From: Squalus acanthias
Lineage: Eukaryota
Direction of reading: 5' to 3'
DNA length: 64,000 nt
NCBI GenBank assembly: GCA_030390025.1
Contig: CM059431.1
Span: forward strand, 129,520,001 to 129,584,000
Shown here: positions 1-13,294 of the stretch, piece by piece
Layout: every line of letters starts with the position of its first letter
Position numbering within the stretch: the first letter of the stretch is position 1
The notes under the pieces: model-generated
Databases searched by the model: none
What the model was told of the DNA's origin: nothing
What the model saw: the letters and a program-made list of their open reading frames with translations, nothing else
Made by a program: the position numbers and the translations under genes

Positions 1-679
1 GAAGGGGATTAGTGGCAATAAACTGCCTGAAACAGGTAGTTAACAGGCAGTTTTTTGCCGAATCCCTATTTTGATGTGTGAAATGTGGGCTTCTCGACAG
101 GTCCCAACCACGCCAAGTTAGCAAGGCGGACCGTGGGTCTGCAGGGGTTGGAGGGGTCGATATGTCCGGTGGGCAGGTGAGTGATGGGTGCATGTGTGCA
201 GAGGTAAGTGTGTAAGGTAAGTGTAAAGTGTGGGAAAAAGTTTTACTTACCTTAACTTCCTCCTGCAGGTGTCAGCCCTTCAGGTCTCAGGTGTCAGAAA
301 TCTCACCGGCACAGAAAGCAGAATGGCCGTGGAGCTGTCAAAATCTGCAGCCTCTGTTTTCTGTGCTGGAATGATTTCTAACTCAGCCTGAGAGGAAGGA
401 CTCAAGTTAGAAGACAGATTGTCAGTGTTTGACAGATTCACAGAGCTGTCAAACGTTGATATTTCATCTGTCAAAAGCTCTTGACAGATGAAATGTCAAT
501 CTGTGACGTCACCTGTTGCCGGGTGGCCCTTAATTGGCCTACTGAGCTTGCTGGGCGGGCTCAACAAGATCAATCAAGTGAAAATGCAGTGGGTTGGCCA
601 CAAGTTGATGGAGGCGGGACTGCAACCCAAAAAGTGGGAGTCCCGCCTCCATCACGTCCCCAGTATCAAAATCCAGCCC
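1..679. mobile_element. Harbinger-like MITE, partial (left end outside the window)
   Basis: Ends in AAAATCCAGCCC (668-679), resembling other GGGCTGGA(A/T)TTT-type termini in the window. Segment ~495-600 resembles the reverse complement of ~56935-57020. Confidence 0.5.
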
Positions 680-682
680 ATT

Positions 683-1320
683 GAGAGAGTGGTTAGCAAA
701 GAATATGGGATCTTGGGCTTCATAAATAAAGGTATTGAGTACAAAAGTAGAGAAGTTATGCTGAAACTTTATAAAGCCACAACTGGAGTATTGCGACCAG
801 TTCTGGTCACCACACTTTAGAAAGGATGTGAAGGCACTTGAGAGGGTGCAAAGGAGATTTACCAGAATGGTTCCGGGGATGGGGGATCTTAGCTACAAGG
901 ACAGGTTGGAGAAGCTGGATTTGTTTTCATAAGAGCAAAGGAGGTTGAGGGGTGATTTTATAGAGGTGTACAAGATTATGACGGGTTTGGATAGGCTAGA
1001 CAGGGAAAGGCTGTTCCCACTAGTTGATGGTACAAGGACTAGGGGACACAGATTTAAGGTTTTGGGCAAGAGATACAGGGGGGATGTGATGAAAAACTTT
1101 TTTATGCAGCGAGTGGTGAGGACCTGGAACTCGCTGCCGATGGAAGTGGTGGAAGCGGAGACACTGAATGTTTTCAAGGGGAGACTGGATAGGCACTTGA
1201 GGGAAATAAACTTGCAGGGCTACGGGGATAGAGCAGGGGAATGGGACTGACTGGATTGCTCTACAGAGAGCCGGCGCGGACTCGATGGGCCGAATAGCCT
1301 CCTTCTGTGCCATATGACTT
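683..1320 (+). mobile_element. CR1 LINE 3' fragment (RT C-terminus and 3' UTR)
   Basis: Frameshifted peptides YGILGFINKGIEYKSREV and RGDFIEVYKIM...WNSLP...GYGDRAGEWD, followed by a CR1 3' hairpin. Confidence 0.9.
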
Positions 1321-1323
1321 TTT

Positions 1324-2963
1324 GGGCTCGATTTTGCCAGTGTGGGCAGGCTGGGGCGTGTCAGGTGGCATTTGTGTCAGGACCCCGACTCTGAAGTGAA
1401 GTGGGGAAAAAGTGCGATTTTCCCCTAATTGGGCAATTGATTTCCAGCATGTGGGAACCCCTGGCCCAATGAGTCTTTTCATACTGAAAGTCGCCTCCGA
1501 TGACGTCATCAATACTGCTGGATTTAAGGCCTGCAAGCAGCCTTGCTTCTTCTGGAGACTGCAAACTTTATGGTGATTGTAGTAAGGAATTCATTGATCG
1601 ACTATGTCCACCAGCAGGCAAAAGTGTGCTCCACGCTTCGATGAGCCCTCCCTCCAAGCTCTGGTGGAGGGAGCAAGATCGAATAAGGAGGTGCTCGTCC
1701 CTTCCTCAGGGAGAAAAAAGCCACCCCAGCCCTTAACAACCACTTAATTGCCTCTATAATCCAATTTTGAGAGGCCTTTCTGATTTTTAGACATTTCCCC
1801 CATCCTACAGGAGCAGCAGACTGTTGCTGAGCCCTCACAGGTTCGCAACCTCAGAGGATGCCCGCCAAAGGCGTCGAGACAGGAGCAGCAAGAAAGTGAG
1901 CAAGGGGCCTCCACATCTGCTGAAGCCACAGAGGAAGCATTACATAGGAGCACGCATAAGAGGAAGATAATGCACAAGTAGCCACAAGGGTAGTCACTTG
2001 GGTGCTGTGATGTATTGTATTTGGACCAGCCATCCTTGTCATGGTATCGTAAACAGATTTGATGGCAAACTGTTGAAGTTGTGGCCAGTGTCATTTCGCA
2101 AATGGGACTTTCACATTGAGGGCTTAGGGCGACTTGCAATTGTCAGTATGGTAGTCAGAGTGATAGGAATCCGCAGGTTCTTGTCCATTGTCGATGCTCT
2201 GGTAAGAAGGTGCGAGACAAAAATGTTTGATTGTGCAGGCTAAGCAAATCTGGCCAACATGAGTGCGTCCCTTGCATCCCGGGCAGCAATGTGGTCGCGC
2301 TCTGGCACCTTCTGGCCTGTGCAGTTTCAAGTGGGTGAGCAGCAGCTTGGCGCTCCTGTTGTTGCTCCTGCTGTTTGTGCTGCTATTGTTCAGGGTTCTG
2401 CTGCCGCGGCTGGTCTTCGTCCAAATCTGATGTCCAGGAGGAAAGGAAATAAATGGTTCCCATGCTTCTGCTATATACTTCAGTTGAGGAAGCGCTCAGT
2501 CAAGGTGGCGAGAGGGGTTTCCCAGGAGGTCACACTGGAGATGGGTCTCAGGCTCCAAATTTCCACAACAATGAGTATGCCTGCTAAAAGTTCCCCCAGA
2601 CCTGAGACAACAAAGTTCTGCCACCTGCAAATGATGATTGCTGAAAACTCCTTTTTAATGGTGGAGCTGCAGCTGTTACGAAGCAATCCACTTGTGAGGC
2701 CACAGGATTACCTGCCGCGTTCCAGAGGAGGAGTGTAGGATGGGGGAAATGTCTAAAAATCAGAAAGGCCTCTCAAAATTGGATTATAGAGGCAATTAAG
2801 TGGTTGTTAAGGGCGGGATGGAAACGGGGTCTGAAACCCCAATTCTGGGAAAATTGCTCGGAAGCGGGATGGAGGCGGGATCAGGCCCGCACGCCATTTT
2901 TTGCGATTTTAACACCTCACACGCCTCCAATCCCGCCTCCTCGGGCCTGGCAAAATCGAGCCC
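1324..2963. mobile_element. Non-autonomous PIF/Harbinger-like element with perfect 17-bp TIRs and an internal 81-bp inverted repeat
   Basis: GGGCTCGATTTTGCCAG (1324-1340) / CTGGCAAAATCGAGCCC (2947-2963); flanks TTT/TCT. Confidence 0.75.
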
Positions 2964-4029
2964 TCTGACGCTATAAGTGTGCACATGTGTTACAGACACC
3001 ATTTTGGGAGCTTAATGGGCCTTGTAGCACCCAAATAACGGACGCTACAGAGCCCAATTTTGTCCCCATGGTTTTCAGACCAACAATGTTGTGTATGAGT
3101 GCTACTGTGATTTCACCAGCTAAAACACTGGTAAGATTCCTACTACTTTTCCAGCTGCAAACACTCCACCTGTTAAGACAGAAATGCTAAACACATGGCC
3201 ATCGGGCTAGATCTGGCTAATTAATTCCCAGAGGGGTGTCTTCATTAGTCCGTCAGATTGTCTTTGAACTAATGAGCTGTCTAATACTTCACTTGGTGTA
3301 TTGCACCACTCAAAAAGAGTGAGGTAAGGGTCTCTGCTGGATCTGTGTGCTTTTTCTAGGAGTGCTTTTACTATGTTAAAAGAATCTTCTGCGTTGCCAT
3401 TCGAATATAGAGACCTTGGTAAGCTGGTGACTTGACGGAACTCATACTGTTGTGCAAACTGTTGGAATTCTCTTGAGTTACATGGTGACCACAGTCTGAT
3501 ATAAGCTAATTTGGAATTCCATGATATGCAAAATGAGCTTTCATCGCAGCGCTGCCTTCTTTCCCTTTTTAATCACACAGTCAGTCTACTTCAAATAAAT
3601 CAGAATAATAGCCAGAATATATGAGAGAGTTTTTTGCATCCACTTCAAACAGATTACACCCGATTTACTCTGAGGGCCTTTCTGGAATTTGGTGACTAAT
3701 AATCAATTCCTTTGGCTGTTTGGCTTGGAACGGTGTGTATCACATGTATATCTCTATGTCCTTGTTCATCAAAGGACAGCAAATCACTTCTATAATTTCG
3801 GGGTAGAGTTTCCGCACATTTAAGCCAGTAATATCATTGCAATCCAGGCAGAATCAGCCGAACCAGCGCAAAAGATCGAGGAATTTTAAACGTAAGTTAG
3901 TTACACCCAAAACCATTTACATGCATGTTTTCCATGATCAGTTACACTGGTTTAAGATTCCAGGGAACACAAGCCTAGTTTATGCAAACTCTCCTCATAA
4001 TCTAACCCTTGGAGCCCTGGTAACATTAT

Positions 4030-5860
4030 GGTGAATCTGTGCTTCACTTCTTCCAAGGCCAATATATCCTTTCTAAAGTGCAGTGCCCAAAACTATAAAC
4101 AGTACTCTAGATCAGGGCTTTGCATAGCTGGAACAAAACTTCCTTCCCTTTATAATCTAGCCCTCTAGATATAAAGGCTAACATTCCATTTGCCTTGTTG
4201 ATCATTTTTTGCACCTGTTAGTGATCTGTGTACAAGGACCCCTAAATCTCTCTAGGCCTCCACTGTTCCTAGATTTTCACCATTTAAAAAATACTTGGAT
4301 CTATCCTTTTTTGGTCCAAAATGGATGACCTCACATTTACCTGTATTGATATCCATCTGCCACAGTTTTGCCCACTCACTTAATCTATCAATGTCTTTGT
4401 AATTTTATGCTCCCGTCCACACTACCTACTGTGTCACCCATCGTTGTGTCATTGGCAAACTTGGATATATGGCTTTCTATTGTGTTATCTAAGTCATCAA
4501 TAAATATAATGAATAGTTGAGGCCCCAGCACAGATCCTTGTAGGGCGGCACTCGTCACTTCCTTCCAATTTGAGTACATACCCATTATCCCTACTGTCTT
4601 CTGCTGCCTAACCAATCCCTTAACCAGGTCAATAATTTGCCTTCAATTCCATGGTCTTTAATTTTAGCTAACAGTTTCTAATATGGAACCTTATCAAGTA
4701 CCTTCTGGAAGTCAATATAAACTACATCCGTAAACATTCCCCTGTCTACTACTTTAGTTACGACCTCAAAAAAATTAATTAGGTTCGTTAGACATGACCT
4801 ACCCATTACAAATCCATGTTGGCGCTCTCTAATCAGCTAAAATATCTTTAAGTACTCAGTCACTTTGTCCTTAATTATAGATTCTAATAACTTCCCCACA
4901 ACAGATGTTAGACTAACAGGTCTATAATTTTGTGTTTTCTTTCTCTCTCCTTTCTTAAATAATGGAGTTATATTTGCAATTTTCCAATCTAAAGGGACAA
5001 TTCCTGAAATGAGAGAGCTTTGTAAGATTATGGCTAAAGCATCTGCAATTTCTTCATCTATTTCCTTTAAAACCCCGGGGTTGAAACCATCAGGTCCTGG
5101 GGACTTGTCAGTCTTTAGTGTCATTATTTTTTCTAATACTGTTTTCTTGTTTACTGTAAATTTAGTGAGTTTCAGTCCTTGATTCATTATTAGTTTCTCT
5201 GGAATGTCAGGTATATTACCCTCTTCCTCTACTGTGAAGACTGACACAAAGTAATTATTCAGCAAGTCTGCCATTTCCTTATTTTCATTTGCAATATTAC
5301 CCACATCTGTTTTTAAAGGGCCCACATTACCCTTGACTACCCTTTTACTTCTAATATAATTGTAAAAACTTCTGGTGTCGATATCCCTTGCAAGTTTCTT
5401 TTCATATTCCCTTTCTATCTTTTTGTCTTCCTTTCCTGTTCTTTATATCTCTCCCAGTCCCCTGGATCTACACTATTCTTTGTACTTTTGTATGCTCTTT
5501 CCTTCAGCTTTATCTTATCTCTCACCTCTTGTCGACCATGGCGATTTTATTTGGTAAGTAGAACTCTTGCCCTTGAGGGGTATATACTGGCCCTGTATTA
5601 ATAAAAATTATTTTTGATCACCTCCCACTGTTCCTGTAGTTTTACCCGACAACAGTTTTGACCAGTTTGCAGTCTTGTCTCATCCCATTAAAGTTAGCCG
5701 TACAAAATCTAAATCTTAGTAACCGTGTTAAGTTTTACCTTTACAAACCTAACATTGAATTCAATCATATTATGATCACTGTCAGATAAATTTTCCCTTA
5801 CTGTTAGATTAATAACTAAGTCTGGCTCATTAAATCATTACTAAATCTATTATGGCCTCT
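4030..5860 (-). mobile_element. Degenerate CR1 ORF2 fragment
   Basis: KSPGPDG, NYRPVSLTSVVGKLLESII, QGSVLGPQLF, SKFAND motifs in broken frames. Confidence 0.9.
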
Positions 5861-6244
5861 AGTTGGGAGATCAAGACTCAGGGCAGGTAGGGAGTTGGGA
5901 GATGGGGATTCGGGGAGGGGATCAGCAGATTGGGACTCGAGAGGAGGAGTGTTGGGGGATTGAGATTCAGGGAGGGGAGTCAGGAGATTGGGACTTGGGT
6001 CAGGGAAAGAGTGTAACAGGGGACTGGGAGTCGGGGAAAGGGTGACAGGGAGTAGGGAGTCAGAGATGGGGGCTCAGGCGGGGCGGAGAGTGAGAGGCTA
6101 GGAAGTGGTTGTCGGGAGATTAGAGCTCAGGCGGAGGGAGAAAAGGAAACTGGAGACTGCGCGATTGGGCATAAGGGAGACGTGGGGTTGAGGGATTGGA
6201 GCTTGGGTGGCGGAGAGAGAGAACCTGCGAATGGGGTGGTGTGA

Positions 6245-7386
6245 TGTTGTAAAGGAATGAGCCATATTTCAGAAAAATACACCATCCTATGAACAGAATT
6301 CAGACTTTATTAAAATATGACAAACTGGGTTTAAAAATCTGAAAGCCTCAACAACACAGGCTGCAAACAGAACACAGGCTTCTGAGATAAGATGAAGTGT
6401 TAACACAAAAGTTGTTAACACCACACAAGCTTTTGAAATGGGAAATGGTTGTAAATACTAACACAATGGCCTCATTGAAGAAGCAAAGAGTTGGTTCCAA
6501 GGAGTCTGTAGTTTGGAACCAAAACAATAGCAATACCCAAGTATAAGTGTTAAAATCTAACACTTTGAACAAGAAAAACAGAATATTAAAAAACCATGTG
6601 CCTTTGATAAAAGGAACATCAAATGAAACAGGAAACACGATTATATATATATATAACCAACTAAGATGGCTAGGAAAACAAACATCCTGGTTGAAGTGGT
6701 TTTGATTTACATATTGTAAAAGGTACGCAACAGAACACTTTGTGAAAATATTACATCAATAGATGTACCAAGCAATCACATTGTTTATGTGTTGAAATTG
6801 GAACACACGGCGACACGACGTCTGTAATACAAGCAGCTAAAGTGATTTAACAATTCAATGGAAAACCTTCCTAAGAATGGCATCAAATAGATAAATCTGT
6901 TATACCATATTTTATGATAAGTTTTTGAAACACCTATACAGCAGACAGGATTCTAAAAGTTGGCAGCTGAAATAACAGTAAGAATAGAAAAGAATTCAAT
7001 AGAGAATGGCTGGAGATAATTAGCTTACATCAGCAGAAAACTTCAAAGGATAAACCACTAAAAAATGGTATAAAAATAGAGCTTTTCAGATAGAAAGTCA
7101 GAAGTCACTGGGAGGGTAATCAAGGTATTTCATTTTGGTGGATATTCTGGATTAAGAAATAAGTAGAAGTGTGGAAATGTAATGAAGTTAAGATTTGAGA
7201 ATAAGGATCTCTGATAAGAAATGTAAGCTATTTGTATTTTGAACTGTTAAAGTTGCGATTGAAATCAAGAGCTGTTAACTACATGTCGGTTCTTTAATAA
7301 ATCTATATATTTTTAAATTGTCTCAGAGTATTTCTGTATCAACCTCGCGAACTCAATTTCTGTACACTCTTTTGTAAGGAGTTGCA
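6245..7386 (+). mobile_element. Putative ERV-type LTR followed by a degenerate tRNA-Pro-like PBS
   Basis: Starts TGTTGTAAAG; TATAAAAA 7069-7076; AATAAA 7296-7301; ends GTTGCA; then TGGGGGGGTTTCCGGA at 7393. It splits a repeat that is contiguous at 40.5-41 kb. Confidence 0.5.
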
Positions 7387-9721
7387 GAATTCTGGGGGGG
7401 TTTCCGGACCCTCATAATATCCGGAAGGTTACAGTCAAGTTAAACTTGTTAAAAGTGCTATCTGGAGGATGGTAACATCTTCAGGCTGTTCCTTTCCTTT
7501 AGGGAGAGATAGTCTGAACCTTTAGACCCAATTAAGCATCTCTAGGATTCGGCTACCGCTAACTTTAGTTGAAGGTGAATGTCTGGGGAATACGCCTGAT
7601 CTGGGGTAGCCCGAGAAGGGCTAGGACTTGTAATTATCCCTTCAATGTGGGGGGGCGGTGCGTGGGGCCCAGCATCTCCTGCAGAGCCGGCAGCAGCAGC
7701 ATGATGAGTGGGAGTGGTGCCGAGAGAAGAGCAGCCAGTAAAGGGCTAAATGAAACCTGGGAACTTTACTCCAGGTAAATATAGAAAGATTGTTACCATT
7801 GGTAGATGCATGGGGAACTAGTGGATGGAGACTGAGGATTCTCCCTGCCTGTGGGCAGGTACACCATCACAAGCTCCAATACATGGAGGATTGAGATGCA
7901 GGAGGGCTGATTATGCGCTGGCAGCGGCCACAGTAGTACTGTGGAGCTGCAAGGAGCACTCCTGCTCCTTCACGCTCCATCTCCTCCTTCACACTCCACA
8001 GAAGGAAAAGTAAAAAAAACTCTCCCTATCATTTCTTCAGTGGCCTCCAGCATTCCTGTTATAGACCATCATTTAGGCAGCTGTAGAACTGGAAAAATTA
8101 GTTGATGCTTGTACAGCATATACTCCACCTAGTTTTTCGACATTTTACAGAAGGGTCCTAAAACATGCGCAGGACCCTTCTTTGCATATCTAAATTGACC
8201 TAATGCTGATTTCAGGCAGTCACCAGGTACGCCTAAATACAGTGAGGACCAATATTTTTTTGTACAAATGGGAGTCAAAATGCTGCCGCACAGATTAGAT
8301 GCAGGACCTCGCGCCAAGTAATTGGTATACGTTGGCCAAAAAACAGGCAAAACACATGCTAATGTATACCCCAATATGTTCAAATAACTTCTGCTAAATG
8401 TGGCCCATGTGAAGTACCAGGATGCTGGATCAGGCCCACCATGTAAATCGAGTGTGGCACTCCTGCTTTAGAATCTAGAAGTCGGTTGGAGTGCTGAACA
8501 ACGGATAACAAGGTCACAAGCTCAAGACATTGGAGACACCTGAATGTCCAACTTGCTTGCTTCAGCTGGTAAACATTGTCAATTTTCAGCCAGGCTGCAG
8601 AATTAATATACATCAATTTACTCTACTTATAGCATCCTTCTTGCTGGCAATTAAGAAGCAGCATTCACAGCTCTCTTCACTCCCGGAAAAAAAAATTGTG
8701 AGGAGGAAAATAGAAGGAAAAAAATCTGAACATTACTGTCTCACACCCAAACATTCCCTGTCATCTGAATTTGCCTCAATGTTCCATACTAACATGAAGA
8801 GAAATATTGAGATTGGCATCTTCTGCTGCACCACAACCATCTCCTAGCAGAAGATCACAGGGTAGTGTTGAAGCCACATGTAGGTCAAAGGATTTTGATG
8901 CAAAGAAATTCATGAACAACTGTAAAAAAATGTACCCTCTGTGAACATCTTGACATCTGCCTTGAAACAACCGTTTATTTGTACTACTTCTTTTCTATAG
9001 GCCCATTGGCTAAGATTTTTGTCATCACTGCTTTAACTCTGCACCTAATCATGCTATTAGAAAACTATTTCAAATAACATGTCAAGTTCTTAATTGTTCA
9101 CATAAGGCACAAAAGCCATGACATCACTCCCTGCACTTTAATAGCAACATAGAAAAAACAATAAATGTGAGAGGCACAGTGAGTACAATCAGCATAGTGC
9201 CTTTCTGCCCATCATTTCTACTGTACCACACTACCACATTCTTCTGACAATGAATGCTACAGCTCAGCTAATGCTATTTCTGTCGAGAAAGCATCAGCAG
9301 ACCTCATTGCTCAAATTTTACTATTAATCTGACCAGTGATCTTGATTAGCATTTAGAAGTATGAATATTGTGCAAAATGTTTATCGTTATAAGCAGCAGC
9401 TACAGAAGAAATAGAAATCTTGTCAGGGTCGAGATTGATACAACATTCATCCAACACAGCAACCTGACTTCATATCATGCTGCAAGTTGGTAGAACAAGT
9501 ACCTAGATCTATATTTCTTTTAATTTAGTTATCATCCCTTGCCCATCAGGATAGATGTAATGTAATCACTCCTAAGAGATTTGGGAATTGTTGGGAAATC
9601 TCAGGATAGAGCTGATAAGCTTGCAAAGATGTTGTGTATCCGATCTGTGTCTCCAGAGTGGTCTAGATAGGCCTGGAGCTTGTAAATGACACCAGAATCC
9701 TACAGGTCTCAAATTTCTAAA

Positions 9722-11770
9722 GAGAAGAAGAAGGAGGAGGAGAAGAAGAACAACAACAACTTGTATTTATAAAGCACCTTTAACGTAGTATAACATCCCA
9801 AGGTGCTTCACAGGAGTATTATAAGACAAAAAATTTGGCACTGAGCCACATAAGGAGAAACTAGGGCAGGTGACCAAAAGCTTGGTCAAAGAGGTAGGTT
9901 TTAAGGAGCGTCTTAAAGGAGGAAAGAGAGGTAGCAAGGCGGAGAGGTTTAGACAGGGAATTCCAGAGCTTAGGGTCTTGGCACCTGAAGGCACGGCCAC
10001 CAATGGTTGAGCGATTAAAATCAGAGATGCTCAGGAGGCCAGAATTAGAGGAGCGCAGATATCTTGGGGGGGTTGTGGGGCTGGAGGATAGGGAGGGGCG
10101 AGGCCATGGAGGGATTTGAAAACAAGGATGAGAATTTTGAAATCGAGGCATTGCTTAACTGGGAGCCAATGTAGGTCAGCGAGCACAGGGGTGATGGGCG
10201 AACAGGACTTGGTCACCAAGTCGGATGACCTCAAGTTTACGTAGAGTAGAATGTGGGAGGCCAGCCAGGAGTGCATTGGAATAGTCAAGTCTAGAGGAAA
10301 CAAAGGCATGGATGAGGGTTTCAGCAGCGGATGAGCTGAGGCAAGGGCGGAGACAGGCGATGTTACGGAGTTGGAAATAGGCGGTCTTAGTTATGCCACG
10401 GATATGTGGTCGGAAGCTCATTTCAGGGTCAAATATGACATCAAGGTTGTGAACAGTGCGGTTCAGCCTCAGACAGATGTTAGGGAGAGGGATGGAGTCA
10501 GTGGCTAGGGAACGGAGTTTGTGGCGGGGATCAAAAACAGTGGCTTTGGTCTTCCCAATATTTAATTGGAGAAATTTCTGCTCATCCAGAACTGTATGTC
10601 GGACAAGCAGTCTGACAATTTAGACACCATGGAGGGGTCGAGAGAAGAGGTAGTGAGGTAGAGCTGGATGTCACCAGCGTACATGTGGAAACTGACGCTG
10701 TGTTGTCACATGATGTCGCCAAGGAGCAGCATGTAGATGAGAAATAGGAGGGGGTCAAGGATACACCCTTGGGGGACACCAGAGGTAATGATGCGGGAGT
10801 GGGAAGAGAAGCCTTTGCATGTGATTCTCTGGCTACGATTAGATAGATAAGAATGGAACCAGGCGACTGCAGTCCCACTCAGCTGGACAATGGTGGAGAG
10901 GCGTTGGAGAAGGATGGAATGGTCAACCGTGTCAAAGGCTGCAGACAAGTCAAGAAGGATGAGGAGGGATACTTTACCTTTGTCACAGTCACAAAGGATG
11001 TCATTTGTGACTTTGATGATAGCTGTTTTGGTACTGTGGCGGGCCGGAAACCTGATTGGAGGGGTTTCAACATGGAGTTGCGGGAAAGATGGGCATGTAT
11101 TTGGGAGCCGATAACACGTTCAAGGACTTGAGAGGAAAAGGAGGTTGGAGATGGGGCGGTAGTTTGCAAGGACGGAGGAGTCAAAGGCTGTTTTTTTTTG
11201 ATGAGGGGCTGATGACAGCCGATTTGAGAGAGAGGGGGACAGTACCTGAGGAGAGAGAACCGTTAACAATGTCAGATAACATGGGAGCCAGAAAAGGAAG
11301 TCGGGTGGTCAGCAGTTTGTTGGGAATAGGGTCGAGGGAGCAGGAGGTGGGTCTCATGGACAAGGTGAGCATGGAGAGGTCATGAGGGGAGATCGGAGAG
11401 AAACTGAAGATGTGAGTTCAGGGCTAAGCAGGGGGGAACCTTAGAGGAAGTTTGGCCCAGTGGGCTAGGGGAAGGAAGAGAAGTGGCAGAGGCAGCTGAA
11501 CGGATGGTCTCAATCTTAGAGACAAAGAAGTCCATGAGCTCCTCACACTTGTTGTCGGAGGTGAGGGTGGAGGAGACAGGGGAGAGGGGTTTAAGAAGAT
11601 GGTCAGCAGTGCAGATTGAAGCCGGGGTTCATCTTTGCATTCCAGAATGATTCTGGAATAGTGAGCAATTTTGGCAGACGAGAGCAGGACCCGATAATGC
11701 TTTATGTGGTCCAGCCAGATCTGGCAGAGAATGGCTAAACCAGTTGTCCACCATATCCGTTCAAGTCTGA
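9722..11770 (-). mobile_element. L2-clade LINE, 5'-truncated and frameshifted
   Basis: SCSLDPIP, SAAFDTVDHSILLQRL, GVPQG, AFVSSRLDYSNALL, ITPVLADLHWLP, LWNSL, FKTLLKTYLF; simple-repeat tail at 9722-9760. Confidence 0.9.
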
Positions 11771-12605
11771 ATCTCTTGCTCCACAAAATGTATCCCCATC
11801 TGCAAACGTTTACTACTTCAAATTATTGCTCCTTCTGGATTAGTATACCACATGAACTGATCCTGAGGGATCTGTTAATTCTGAGAACTGTAACAATATT
11901 TTCCATCTTTAAAAAAAAATTCCAAGGAGACTGGAAACATCTACATCTTTAGTACTTTATAATATAATCATTAATAACCCACAGGAAATTTTGTGTGACT
12001 TAAACATGTATTTGAAGCTACAATTGGCATTTAGTAGTAAATCCATAAACGCTTGTCTTTTTATAGGCTGGGTGTATAAAGAAAAAGGACATTATTCCAT
12101 TTGTTTTCTACAACTATTTTAAAATTACTTTTGCGAAGAAACTTAATTCTTAAAAGACCCAAATAACAACGCCAACACTAATAACAAACCATTTTAATCA
12201 CCTGATTTACAGCACAGATCTCATTCCAATCAAGACTTGATCATTTGAATGTATTGCCTGCTGGGCAAAGCCTGCTCAATGAGATTAGTCAGAAAATGGT
12301 ACAAGTGTGTACAACTGTTTGATTAATTAAGTACTTCAGGGGATGAAAATAGATTAGTAAATTGTTCAATGAATTAGGATTTAAAGAAGCTTCTTTTCTT
12401 GCTCTGCAAAAATATATAAAATAAAGTTGCATAATCTTTTCCCATGGGCCAATCTTTGTGGGGGGCAATGAATAAAAATCTGTGTTTATGTTATGTAACC
12501 TCTTAGGCTGTACAGCTTGTGAAACAGGGCCAATTTCAAATTGGAAATTAAATGATAGATGGAGTAACAAAAGCAGGCAATTTATTTGCAAGACATTAAT
12601 CACTT

Positions 12606-13186
12606 CATAGAATCATAGAGAACCATAAGTTACAGCACGGAAGGAGGCCAACAAAGAGCTATCCAGCCTAATCCCACTTCCCAGCTCTTGGTCCGTAGCC
12701 CTGCAGGTTACAACATCCCAAGTACATATCCAAGTACTTTTTAAATGTGATGAGGGTTCCTGCCTCTCCCACCCTTTCAGGCAGTGAGTTCCAGACCCCC
12801 ACAACCCTCTGGATGAAGAAATTTCCCCTCAAATCCCCTCTAAACCTTCCACCAATTACTTTAAATCTATGCCCCCTGGTTTTTGACCCATCTGCGAAGG
12901 GAAATAGGTCCTTTCTATCCACTTTATCTAGGCCCCTCATAATTTTATACACCTCAATAAGGTCTCCCCTCAGCCTCCTCTGTTCCAAGGAAAACAAACC
13001 CAGCCTATCCAGTCTTTCCTCATAGCTAAGATTCTCTACTCCCGACAACATCCTTGTAAATCTCCTCTGTACCCTCTCCAGTGCAATCACATCTTTCCTG
13101 TAATGTGGTGACCAGATCTGCACGCAGTACTCTAGCTGTTTTATACAGTTGAAGCATAACCCCCCTGCCCTTGTATTCTATGCCAC
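12606..13186 (-). mobile_element. CR1 LINE 3' fragment
   Basis: ORF 12668-13123 WSPHYRKDVIALERVQRRFTR...GYGPRAGKWD plus the CR1 tail. Confidence 0.92.
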
Positions 13187-13294
13187 GGCTTCCACTCTGT
13201 ACACTCTACAAACCCACAAATCAGCAATGCCACACTTGAGTCCCAACCTCACACTAACCCATACAGCCAAACATGTCAGTACATATCCTCAAAC

